A DNA stretch of 54,384 nt, from NCBI RefSeq assembly GCF_006345805.1, contig NW_021834160.1:1-54384 (forward strand). Reading direction: 5' to 3'. The position numbers and the translations under genes are program-made. Of the stretch, positions 36,520 through 48,069 are shown piece by piece. Source of the DNA: Octopus sinensis. Lineage: Eukaryota. Each line of letters begins with the position of its first letter. The first letter of the stretch is position 1. Under the pieces are notes generated by a model that saw only the letters and a program-made list of their open reading frames with translations, made no database searches and was not told the origin of the DNA.

Positions 36520-36905
36520 GAAGACCTGTTGAGGCAAGTGAAAATCGAAATCGAAATCTTTCAACACCAATGGAAATTGTAGCTGAGATACCAGTGCCGG
36601 TGGCATGTAAGAGAACCATCCAAACTTGGCCGTTGCCAGCGCCGCCCCGACTGGCCTCCGTGCTGGTGGCACGTAAAAAGCACCATCCGATTGTGGCCGT
36701 TGCCAGCCTCGTCTGGCACTTGTGCAGGTGGCACATAAAAAGCACCCACTACACTCATGGAGTGGTTGGCATTAGGAAGGGCATCCAGCTGTAGAAACAT
36801 TGCCAGATCAGACTGGGCCTGGTGCAGCCTTCTGGCTTCCCAGACCCCAGTTGAACCGTCCAACCCATGCTAGAATGGAAAATGGACGTTAAACGATGAT
36901 GATGA
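36520..36905 (+). mobile_element. Long form of SINE-like family C with internal subrepeats
   Basis: GTGAAGACCTGTTGAGGCAAGTG 5' part, repeated GGTGGCAC.TAAAAAGCACC blocks and a (GAT)n tail. A similar copy is at 41370-41856. Confidence 0.75.
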
Positions 36906-37034
36906 TATATCTTTATATAATGATATCTTACATAGGAGCACTCCAGCCTTCTTCTCCATCACTCACCTGTCCCAAATGATCCCAGCCTAACCATCATTGC
37001 AGACTTGATCCTGTCACTGCCCTAAAGTACCAGA

Positions 37035-37625
37035 CTGTGGTTCTCGTGGCTTCTGATCTTAACTGATTGGAAGTGTTATCATGTACATTGTTTTGTCTTG
37101 GTATAAAAGATGGGCTACAGCAAATATTCTGCTCAATACCACAGATTTGCTTGTCAGTTGTTTGACCTTAACCAGTTGAGCATGTCCCTTAGTGGCTGAC
37201 GATATGTGCATCTCTGATCACGAGCAGAAGTAGTGGGGGAGCATCATAGCCATGTGTTGAGAGGGATTCTTTGGGGTTTGAATAATTCACCTCTGGAAAC
37301 ATGGGTGGTTCGTTCAACATCCTTAAACAACCCTTATTCAGGGACCTTTTGAGCTGGATGGGCTACTCAACCTGAAGAAAATTCTAACTGGGCCCCACCT
37401 GCAAGGTCATGTGCTGTTTATCTTGATATGAGATCACCATGTCGCGCACACATGGCTGTGATGCATGTGCCTGGTGTACCCTTATCAGACGGGTAGTCAT
37501 GATGGGTATACTGGACTTCATATATTTTACTCCTTGTCACTTTGATTGCATGCACTGCTCTCTCACTCAATATTAATAATGAGGCATACGTACAGTTTAG
37601 TGCCCCACATTCCATACCAATTATT
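37035..37625. repeat. Unclassified interspersed repeats; the right 230 bp recur inverted at about 38546-38778
   Basis: GCCCCACCTGCAAGGTCATG...GTGCCCCACATTCCATACCAATT is the reverse complement of 38546-38778 at roughly 85% by eye. Confidence 0.7.
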
Positions 37626-37879
37626 TATTTGTAACTTTTTTGATAATGCATGTATTTTAATAAAATTTTGCAGAAACATTCTTGAATGTGTGAGTGAATG
37701 AACATGATAATAATGTTTTCTTTAAATTGTCTTTTTACAAAAAAAGTTTTTACGTTTTCTTTTGTTTTTAAAAATCTATTCAAAATCTTTCTCATAATAA
37801 TTATTGTTTTGACAGAAAAAGATCTACAGTATTTTTCTGATTGATCCACAAGACACCTACATCTACCCCTCAATTATTC

Positions 37880-38110
37880 TTATTTCTTTATTGCCCACAA
37901 GGGGCTAAACATAGAGGGGACAAACAAGGACAAAGGGATTAAGTCGATTACATCGACCCCAGTGTGTAACTGGTACTTAATTTATTGACCCCAAAAGGAT
38001 GAAAGGCAAAGTCGACCTTGGTGGAATTTGAACTCAGAACGTAATGGCAGACGAAATACCACTAAGCATTTCGCCTGGCGTGCTAACGATTCTGCCAGCT
38101 CACCACCTTA
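37880..38110 (-). mobile_element. SINE family B
   Basis: Family match in reverse. Confidence 0.8.
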
Positions 38111-38891
38111 TTCTCTATTATTCTTTCTACCTCTTAACTGGTACAAAGCCACCTCCCTCTGTACTACACTCCAGTCCCAGTTGAATGGACTTTCTCTTGT
38201 CTTGCGAGTCACTTGGAGACTCCACTAGTGCTGGTGCCACAAAAATAAATAAATAAACATTCAGTACACTCTATAAAGTGGTTGGCATTAGGAAGGGCAT
38301 CTCACCATAGACACAGCACAAAAACAGACAACAGAGTTTGGCGCAGCCCTCTAGCATGCCAGCTCTTGTCTAAGTGTCCAATCCAAACCCATCCTAGAGA
38401 ATAGACATTAACCCATTAGCATTCCTATAATTCTGTTAAATGTAATGCTTATTTATTCATATTGTTTGGAATTAATCATGCATTAACTCATAGCTTTGAG
38501 ATTTTGATGATGTCAGTGCAAATTCTTAAAAAGTTATGAATAACCAATTGGTATGGAATGTGGGGCACTAAACTGTACTTATGCCTCATTATTTTTATTG
38601 AGTGAGAGCACAGTGCATGCCATCAAAGTGACACTGGGGTACAAATATACGAAGCTCAGTATACCCATCATGACTACCTGTCTGATAAGGGTACACCAGG
38701 CACATGCATCACAACCATAGGTGTGCGACATGATGATCTCATATCAAGATAAACAGCGCATGACTTTGCAGGTGGGGCTGAGATTTTGATGATGTCAGTG
38801 AATATTCTTAAAATGGCATTGTAGGGTAGGTGAGAGTGGCCAAACCTGAACATTTTGAGCATAAGACAGGTAGACTATTTGTTCTGGATAG

Positions 38892-39275
38892 GCGCAGGAG
38901 TGGCTGTGTGGTAAGTAGCTTGTTTACCAACCACATGGCTCCAGGTTCAGTTCCACTGCGTGGCACCTTGGGCAAGTGTCTTCTAATATAGCCTCGGGCC
39001 GACCAAAGCCTTGTGAGTGGATTTGGTAGATGGAAACTGAAAGAAGCCCGTCGTATATATATGTATGTGTGTGTGTGTTTGTCCCCCTAGCATCACTTGA
39101 CAACCGATACTGGTGTGTTTATGTCCCTGTTACTTCGCGGTTCGGCAAAAGAGACCGATAGAATAAGTACTAGGCTTACAAAAGAATAAGTCCCGGGGTC
39201 GAGTTGCTCGACTAAAGGCAGTGCTCCAGCATGGCCGTAGTCAAATGACTGAAACAAGTAAAAGAGAGTAAAGAG
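38892..39275 (+). mobile_element. Full-length SINE family A
   Basis: Family match. Confidence 0.85.
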
Positions 39276-39934
39276 TTTAAATAATTATTTAACGAGTTGT
39301 TATGAAATTAGAAGGTAGAATTTGAAAAAAAAAATATTATGTTCAGACTTTTACCAAATTCCTGAATACTTCTGGTATGTACTTGTGGACCGGGAAAATA
39401 ATTTTATCAAGTCAGCTGATATCATTTTGGTAATATCTTTTTCTTTCTACTCTAGGCATAAGGCATGGAAATTTAGGGGAGGTCAGTTGATTAGATTGAT
39501 CGCCAGTACAAAACTGGTACTTCTTTTTGCAATCCCCAAAAGCTAAAAGACAAAGTCAACTTTGGCGGAACTTGAGCTGAGAACCAGTTTGCATAGCTGG
39601 CGGTGTATGTGTCACGGGCACTGATTGAAATGGTGAAGGGCTGTTCTTCATCCAATGTCACTCTAAAAATGAACAATCTCATCATAAAAAACATGAAATA
39701 ATAATTACATTTGAGAGACTAATCCGAATACTAATGGGTCAAAGACAAGCAAAAGTTTTGGAGAAATAGCTTCTTGTCCTGCGAAGTCCCATACCTCACA
39801 GGTAAAGTAAACAGTTTTCTTTTTATGTTTTTACATCTTTTTAAAAAGTTATTCCAGTGATTTTTGTACAATAGAAATTACAATTCTGGGAAAGAAAAAG
39901 AAAAAAAAAATGCTTATTTCCCAAATTTTCTATA

Positions 39935-40305
39935 CTCTTTACTCGTTTCAGTCATTTGACTGCGGCCATGCTGGAGCACCGCCTTTAGTCGAGCAAATCG
40001 ACCCCGGGACTTATTCTTTGTAGGCCCAGTACTTATTTTATCAGTCTCTTTTGCCAAACCACTAAATGATGGGGATTTAAACACACCAGCATCGGTTGTC
40101 AAGCAATGCTAGGGGAACAAACACAGACACACACATACATATATACGACAGGCTTCTTTCAGTTTCCGTCTACCAAATCCACTCACAAGGCATTGGTCAG
40201 CCTGGGGCTATAGCAGAAGACACTTGCCCAAGATGCCACGCAGTGGGACTGAACCCGGAACCCAGTGGTTGGTAAACAAGCTACTTACCACACAGCCACT
40301 CCTGT
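39935..40305 (-). mobile_element. Full-length SINE family A
   Basis: Family match in reverse. Confidence 0.85.
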
Positions 40306-41369
40306 GCCTATCTCGTACATTTTTGCTGTCCACTTCATTAAGCTTATTTAGTTTTACCTGTGATGTGGGACTCCGAAGAACAATTATTCCAGATCTCTGC
40401 CTGAACCCACAGCTGCAAAATTTCATTAGAAACTATTGCATTATCACCAAGAAATGAAACTGGGATTAAGGGGTGGTGGTCACATGAGATTGTAGGTTTG
40501 CCATAATTTCTAATAGAGACACAAGGCTAGTTTTGGGTAGGGTGGGGCAAGGAACAAGTATGTCATTGGTGCTTTTGGTTTCTCATCCCTGGAAGAATAT
40601 AAAAGGTGGGATTTGAACTTTGAATGCCCAGAGCCAGAGCAAGTAACACAAAGTTTTTTTGGTTTTTTTTATCCAATGCTCGATTCAACCTATTAATAAT
40701 AACAATAACAACCCTTTATTTTGATATAAGGCCAGCAAAGTTGAGGGGTATGGAAGTTGGTTATATGGACCCCCACCCCCAGGGCTCAAGTACTAATTGT
40801 TTAACCAAACTCAAATGTCAACCTCAGCAGAATTTTGAACTCAGAATGTAAAAATGGACAAAATGTCGCTTAACATTTTGCCCCAAATGCTAATGATTCT
40901 GCCAGCTCATTATCTTAAGGCACAAGGATGATTCTAGGGGAGGAGTACACCAATACACTGACCCCAGTACTTGAGTGGTCCTCATTATATTAACCCTGAA
41001 AGGATTAAAGGGAAAGCTGACTGCAGTGGAATTTGAACTCAGAACATAGAGAAATGCTGCTAAGCATTTCATCTGGCATATTAATGGTTCTGATAGCTCA
41101 CTGCCTTAAGTGATTTCAAATTTTGGCACAAGGCCAGTAACTTCTGGGGGTGCAGGTAAGGCGATTACATTGACCCCTGTTCTCAACTGGTACTTATTCT
41201 ATTGACCCTGAAGGGATGAAAGATAAAGTCGACCACAGCACAATTTGAACTCAGAACACGAAGACAGATGATACTGCCAATCATTTCACTAACGGTTCTG
41301 CCAGATTACCAGCATTCACTGCCTTAACCCTTCCATTACTGTATTTGCATGCCTTTCTTCTTTGGACAC

Positions 41370-41856
41370 GTGAAGACCTGTTGAGGCAAGTCAAAATTGA
41401 ACCGCATCCGACGACTGGCGCTCATTGCCAACCTGTTGGGGCAAGTGAAATCGGCATCGAAATTGAACCAATCCTATGATTGGCACCCGGTCGTTGCCAG
41501 TGCCGCTGGGTTGACTCCTGTGCAGGTGGCAAGTAAAGAAACGCTGTTTTGACACTGCGCTTGAGGAGACCTATTGAGTCAAGTACATCAACATCAAAAA
41601 TCAATGGAAATTGTAGTTGTGATACCAGTGCCGGTGGCACGTAAAAAGCACCATCCGATCGCGGCCGTTGCCAGCCTCGCCTGGCACGTAAAAAGCACCC
41701 ACTACACTCACAGAGTGGTTAGCGTTAGGAAGGGCATCCAGCGGTAGAAACACTGTCAGATCAGACTGGGCCTGGTGCAGCCTTCTGGCTTCCCAGACCC
41801 CAGTTGAACCGTCCAACCCACGTTAGCATGGAAAACGGACGTTAAACGATGATGAT
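41370..41856 (+). mobile_element. Long form of SINE-like family C
   Basis: Same structure as 36520-36905. Confidence 0.75.
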
Positions 41857-42099
41857 TTATTTTGAGATGCTCTGTGTTTCTCTCAATTATTTTAGATATA
41901 ACAAAGAATTTAGTAAAATAACTTAGTTATTGATAGCTAGTGATAGTAACAGTAATTGTGACTAAGGTTTGGTGGAAGGTTTTAATTAAAAACTTATGAA
42001 AACAAGACATTTATATTAGAGCCGGTTTCAGTCGGGTTGGTAATGAGGGGGTTAACCCCCTTCCTTGGCGACTTTTTTGGGGGAGAAAACATTTCATTT

Positions 42100-42480
42100 C
42101 CCCTTTACTCTCTCTTTTACTTGTTTCAGTCATTTGACTGCGGCCATGCTGGAGCACCACCTTTAGTCAAGCAACTCAACCCAGGGACTTATCCTTTTGT
42201 AAGCCCAGTACTTATTCTATCAGTCTCTTTTGACAAACTCTAAGTGACGGGGACGTAAACACACCAGCATCGGTTGTCAAGCAATGCTAGGGTGACAAAC
42301 ACATACATATATATATGCGACAGGCTTCTTTCAGTTTCCATCTACCAAATCCACTCACAAGGCATTGGTCGGCCCGGGGCTATAGCAGAAGACACTCGCC
42401 CAAGGTGCCACGCAGTGGGACTGAACCCGGAACCATGTGGTTGGTTAGCAAGCTACTTACCACACAGCCTCTCCTGCGCC
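42100..42480 (-). mobile_element. SINE family A
   Basis: Family match in reverse. Confidence 0.8.
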
Positions 42481-42770
42481 TACTTCAGGAGAAATATTTG
42501 CAAGGTATTTTGTTCGAAGCACTAATAATTCTGGTGGGTTGCTACTTTTATAAAAATAATTGGGTGGATAGGATTACTGAAGGGGGGGGGGGGTCTGAGC
42601 ATCAACCCCCTCACCACACTGCTCAATTGACACTGTTGTGCTACTGCTCCTGAAAGAATGAAAGGTAATATCAAAGTTAGGATTTGAACTTAAAACATAA
42701 ACAGAGAGAAGAAATACTACCAGGAATTTTGTTTGCTGGGCTAACAACGGTCAGCTTATTGCCTTTATAA

Positions 42771-44248
42771 TCTCTCTATATATAAAGATGAAGTTGTCTG
42801 TGTATGGCAGGTTTGGTAGCCTTCAACTAACACTATCTCCTCCGAGACCCTGCGGTGCAAGTTGACCAAAATTGAGAGTATGATAGAAGAAGGCTTGCTC
42901 TTCCTTCCGTAGAAGAAAAAATTCGGATCTTTTCGGTTTGAACGGCAGTTTTTTCTAGCGGTGTCATATGAAATTGTTACCCATAATTAGGACCCTAGTA
43001 TCGATCTATTGCATTTCAATCTGTTTTAGGGTTAGGGTTGGGGGGAAGGGTATTTTTTTTTCTTCACAAATGTAAATAAACCCAATCTGTTTCTTAAACG
43101 AGGGACATATTTATACGGCACAGAATGTTTTCACCTCAATAGACGTCATTGATTGGTTGAAATTGTAGAAAAAAAAACAACAAATATCTTACAAACTATA
43201 GAATTTTCTCAATAAAGCCAAGAGAAAAAGATGTTTTATAAACACATTCTACCAGTATATGAAGTTTAAAATTTTTAGTTACCTAGAAATTATGTTAAAA
43301 ACTGCCGTTCAAACCAAAAAGATCCAAAAATTCAAATCGGACCATGTTAAGACCAAAAATTATTTACATCAAAAAGATGCTTTTTTTCTTATGAAAATCC
43401 CTATTTTTTACGATTTTTTTACTGCTGTGTCGCAATTTTTCGGTGTATTTCAACCAGAAAAATGTTCACTTAAAAGAAAATAACAAACTACATAATGCAA
43501 AATTTTTACTTTTCAAAAATTCCGAGCAACGCCGGGCAGTGGAAGGTTTGGTAGCCTTCAACTAACACTATCTCCTCCCAGACCCTGCGGCGCAAGTTAA
43601 CCAAAATTGAGAGTATGATAGAAGAAGGCTTGCTCTTCATTCCGCAGAAGATAAAATTCAAATCGGACCATGTTAAGACCAAAAATTATTTACATCAAAA
43701 AGGTGCCTTTTTTCTACGAAAATCCCTATTTTTTACAGTTTTTTTTTACTGCTGTGTTGCCATTTTTCAGTGTATTTCAACCAGAAAAATGTTCGCTTAA
43801 AGAGAATAACAAGCTACATAATGCTAAATTTTTACTTTTCAAAAATTTCAATTCTAAAGGGTCGAAACAAACCCGAGTAACGCCGGGCAGTGGCAGGTTT
43901 GGTAGCCTTCAACTAACACTATCTCCTTCAAGACCCTGCGGTGCAAGTTGACCAAAATTGAGAGTATGATAGAAGAAGGCTTGCTCTTCATTTTGTAGAA
44001 GAAAAAATTCAAATCGGACCATGTTAAGACCAAAAATTATTTACATCAAAAGGTGCTTTTTTCTATGAAAATCCCTATTTTTTTTACCATTTTTTAACTG
44101 CTGTGTCGCCATTTTTCGGTGTATTTCAACCAGAAAAATGTTCGCTTAAAGAGAATAACAAGCTACATAATGCAAAATTTTTACTTTTCAAAAATTTCAA
44201 TTCTAAAGGGTCGAAACAAACCCGAGCAACGACGGGCAATACTGCTAG
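42771..44248 (+). mobile_element. Non-autonomous Helitron with three tandem about 355-bp units
   Basis: 5' TCTCTCTATATATAAAG and terminal CCCGAGCAACGACGGG...CTAG|T. Internal junctions at about 43535 and 43885 repeat the hairpin fused to GTGG(C/A)AGGTTTGG. Confidence 0.8.
42925..43325 (+). mobile_element. GGATC-TIR MITE inserted in a Helitron; 8-bp TSD
   Basis: Perfect TSD AAAAATTC. The empty site AGAAGAAAAAATTCAAATCGG is visible in the third Helitron unit at about 44000. Confidence 0.9.
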
Positions 44249-44728
44249 TAATAATAATAATAACTGTTTATAACAACAATACAGGCAAAGACCTGAAATT
44301 TGGGGAGAATGGCACTAGTTGATGGCTCGCTGATGCTTTGGTGTTTTATAGACCTAGAAATGATGAAAGCAAAGTTATTAATAATAATAACAATAATAAT
44401 AACAATAATAATAAAACCAAAATCATCATATGTTGTTCATGGCATGTTAAAAAATATAAATAGTTACAGATTATGGAGAAATAAATGTTTCTTGATACAG
44501 TTTTAAAGTTGCTGGCAAGGGGTTCGAATCCAGGATAGCAAACCCATTTATATATATATATATAACGTACATATATATATATTACGTACATGTATGTTTA
44601 TATATTTATAGATAATTACGTACGTATATATAATGTCTATGTATATATATATTATGTGTGTGTGTATATATATATATATGGTTGTGAGGCTTAACCTATA
44701 CAACATTGTATACCCATATCGAAGTGAA

Positions 44729-45598
44729 TTAGGATTTCTTGTGCTTTTTCTTCTTTTTTCGCTCTGACTTTTCGACTACCGGCGACCGGCTTCGATCTCG
44801 CGATTTTTTACTCTTGTGCTTTTTGCTACCGCTCTTACCGTCTCCGCCACCACCACCGCCGCTGCTGTTGTTGTTGTTGTTGCTATGGTGCTTCCGATGA
44901 CTGCTCTTGCTGCTCTTGTGTTTACTGCTGCCATGGCGACGGTGACGATGATGATGATGGTGCTTGCGGTGTTTGGCTGGCGACGGTGATTCCGTGTCGG
45001 ACTGGGACGAGCTGTGGGAGGGTGACGGCGAAGGCGACGATGACGACGACGACGATTGGGGGTCGTCGACGAGGGCGTATTTCTTCTGGGCCAGGGCCGC
45101 GGCTTCGGCCCTTGCAGCTTGTTCTTTGGCCTTCCTCGCCGGGTCAAACGAACTGCCGTCTACATAGTCCTTGCTGAGGTTAAAGGCTTCGCGGAGGCGA
45201 GCATTTTTCTCGAGGTTCGCCTCGGCCAGCTGATGCGTGTCGCGGGTGATGGGCCGACCGAACTCGTCCTTTTCAGTGACGCGATCGCACATCCCTTCCT
45301 TTTCCAGGAGCACCTTACGAAAGGCGGCCACTTTCCGTTCGATGGCATCGTCCGCGTAGCCCTGCTCCTCCATCAATTCTCGCATTTCCATGCATTTCAA
45401 CTCGATTTTCCGCTTCCGTTCGTGGTCCAGGATTTCCTTGTTCGGAGCCTTGATCAAGGAATTTTCCAGCTTCCTGATTTCCTCTTCGGATTTGTAATCT
45501 ATCCTGTCTTTGTGCTTGCGGATGAAGGAAAGGTTACGGGTCACGTAACCGTTGGTTCCGCTACCCCGTGGGGTAGTTAGACCAATTCCGTTATACAT
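44729..45598 (-). CDS. SRRM2: SRRM2/Cwc21-like splicing factor (cwf21 domain plus short Ser/His/Lys-rich tail), 289 aa, uninterrupted ORF
   Basis: MYNGIGLTTPRGSGTNGYV.RNLS N-terminus, EILDHERKRKIELKC and RDTHQLAEA..EKNARLREAF motifs are diagnostic of SRRM2/SRm300/Cwc21. The ORF is intact from ATG to TAA and markedly more GC-rich than its flanks. Confidence 0.92.
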   Translation of the reverse strand: MYNGIGLTTPRGSGTNGYVTRNLSFIRKHKDRIDYKSEEEIRKLENSLIKAPNKEILDHERKRKIELKCMEMRELMEEQGYADDAIERKVAAFRKVLLEKEGMCDRVTEKDEFGRPITRDTHQLAEANLEKNARLREAFNLSKDYVDGSSFDPARKAKEQAARAEAAALAQKKYALVDDPQSSSSSSSPSPSPSHSSSQSDTESPSPAKHRKHHHHHRHRRHGSSKHKSSKSSHRKHHSNNNNNSSGGGGGGDGKSGSKKHKSKKSRDRSRSPVVEKSERKKKKKHKKS

Positions 45599-45636
45599 CC
45601 TGCGTGTTACTCACTTTTTTTCCCTGCCTCTTTTTT

Positions 45637-45660
45637 CTGTGATGGGAGACAGGAAAGAGT
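45637..45660 (-). promoter_or_regulatory. Probable 3' splice acceptor of a 5'UTR intron of the SRRM2-like gene
   Basis: Minus strand CTCTTTCCTGTCTCCCATCACAG|, 38 nt upstream of the ATG. Confidence 0.55.
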
Positions 45661-46155
45661 CTGGTTTTTGGTGTATGTATATATAAATATATATATATAT
45701 ATGAAAGACAGGAAATATATTTTTCACATGGATGGTGGAGTGTAGAGATATAGGAAAAAATAAAGCTTTAAAACTATATGAAAATTAATCTCAAATATTT
45801 GTTTGCCTGTTTTTTCACATCTCGCAAAGTGTGTGTGTGAGTGTGTAAACAGATGTAAGGTTTTTCCTTATAATTTATAAACACGTTCCAGCACACGATC
45901 TCAGATCAAGTCACTTGCTATGCAAGTACATCTCCGTAATTTATAAACACAGTATTCTTAAATAGTGACAATGACAAACAAGAAACATAGATCACTTCAG
46001 AGATCGCAAAGAAATACACGCAATAAATTTTTAACAGGAACCAGGGAGGGACAGGAAAAAAAAAAGACTAGATTTATGTTGTGTTTTGTTAAGTGTGTAC
46101 CTCAATGTTTCGTTAATTAATCACACGCATTTATGTATACATGCAAGAACTATGC

Positions 46156-46190
<35 letters not shown>

Positions 46191-47099
46191 GTGTGTATGT
46201 ATGTGTGTAGTTTTGATAACAAGGGACGTGTATGTAAATATATTGGCCTAAGAGAGCCAAGATGTTAGCTAAATCTTCCTCAGATGTATACCTCTCAATA
46301 TATATATATATATTATATATATATATATATATATATTGATGTCCAAGTTGGTCAATACGGTAAGTAAATAATCCACAGACGTTGGCTTTGTTGTTGCTGG
46401 TTTTTTCTGCAAGGTATACAAGTCCACTAAAATAATCTACATCATCCGTATATATATATATATATATATATATAACAAGGGATGTATATGTAAATAAGAG
46501 AACCAAGCTGTTCGTTAAATATTCCACAGATGTGAACCTTGTTGCTGGACTTCACATTTATAAGTTCATTATAAACATATATATATATATGTATGTGTGT
46601 GTGTGTGTAGTTTTGGTAGCAAGGGATGTATATATGTAAATATATTGGCCTTAGAGACCCAAGATGTCAATTAAATCGTTAAATCTTCCACCTTGTTGCT
46701 GGACTTTACAACATTTACAAGTCCATCCTTAAAATCTGTTAATATAAATACATATATTGGTCTCCAAGCTGGTCCATACGATAAGTAAATACTCCACAGG
46801 CGTTGGCCTTGTCGCTGGTCTTCTCCACAAGGTATACAAGTCCACTAAAATACTCTACATCCGTATATATACATATATACACACATATATATAATTGATC
46901 TGGACCAATATGTTGGTTGAATTATCCACACAGATCGGCCTTCAACTTGTTGTTGATCTTGTTCAGAACTTCACAAATAGAGTCTATAGAACCTGTATCT
47001 ATTGGCCTACAAGCTGGCCGTGCCGTTGGTTAAATCCTTCACAGGTGGAGGCCAGCCTGGTGGTGTTCTTGTTGTTGGTCTTCTCCAAAATCTTTGCAA

Positions 47100-47230
47100 G
47101 TCGACATCTTGTCTCCTTCCAAGATGGCCGCCGGACACTTTGAAAACAAGTAGCGACCTCTCCTGGGAAGCCTTTTGAAGAGAGAGAACGATCCTCACGG
47201 AAAGATAACTCGGTGCGAGCGATAACGTAA
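47100..47230 (-). promoter_or_regulatory. Probable promoter / first exon of the SRRM2-like gene with a YY1 motif
   Basis: CpG-containing unique island. CAAGATGGCCGCC at 47120-47132 matches the YY1 consensus typically found just downstream of transcription start sites. Confidence 0.5.
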
Positions 47231-47391
47231 ATTATCTCCCCTGATCGAGACGTGCTAATTCTCCGTGTATATATATATATATATATATAGAAGTTATTAC
47301 TCCTGTGCTACGTATGGATAGATTCTTCAAGCTGTGCTACAGCTGGTAGAAGGCCTAGGGATAAACCAAGAATGAGATGGTTGAATAATAT

Positions 47392-47803
47392 GGATCTTTT
47401 CGGTTTGAACGACTGTTTTTTCTAGCGGTGTCATATGAAATTGTCACCCATAATTATGACCCTAGTATCGATCTATTGCATTTCAATCTGTTTTAGGGTT
47501 AGGGGTGGGGTGAAGGGTATCTTTTTTTTCTTCACAAATGTAAATAAACGCAATCTGTTTCTTAAACGAGGGACATTTTCATACGTCACAGAATGTTTTT
47601 TACTTCAATGGACGTCATTGATTGGTTGAAATTGCAGAAATTGCAGAAAAAAAACAACAAATATCTTACAAACCATAGAATTTTCTCAATAAAGCCAAGA
47701 GAAAAGATGTTTTATAAACACATTCTACCAGTATACGAAGTTTAAAAGTGTTTAGTTACGTGGAAATTATTTTAAAAAACTGCCGTTCAAACCGAAATGA
47801 TCC
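47392..47803 (+). mobile_element. GGATC-TIR MITE, full length
   Basis: TIRs are present. TSD AATAATAT / GATAATAT (7 of 8). It appears inserted into an RTE 3' remnant (GRRPRDKPRMRWLNN). Confidence 0.85.
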
Positions 47804-48069
47804 GATAATATCTATAGTCTCACTTGATCATGATTGAGAATCCAGTCGGAAAGTATTATGACGGTTGCCAGGACCGTTGCTAAGTCCCTGCAACCCTTAC
47901 GATGGCAAGGGGCCTCCGCGGTTGAGGGGCCCCATGTTAAGATCAAAGTACATAGATGAGTCACTTTGGTTAAGATGTTGAACAATAATTAAATCATTCA
48001 TGTTAACTGAAAATTTCAAGCAATAAAATGGTCATGCATTGTACCTGCAAAAGTTCCTGTAAAAATATT

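Noticed and set aside
44776-45580. Overlapping alternative-frame and antisense ORFs within the SRRM2-like CDS
   Set aside because: These are expected by-products of a GC-rich coding sequence and contain no recognisable motifs.
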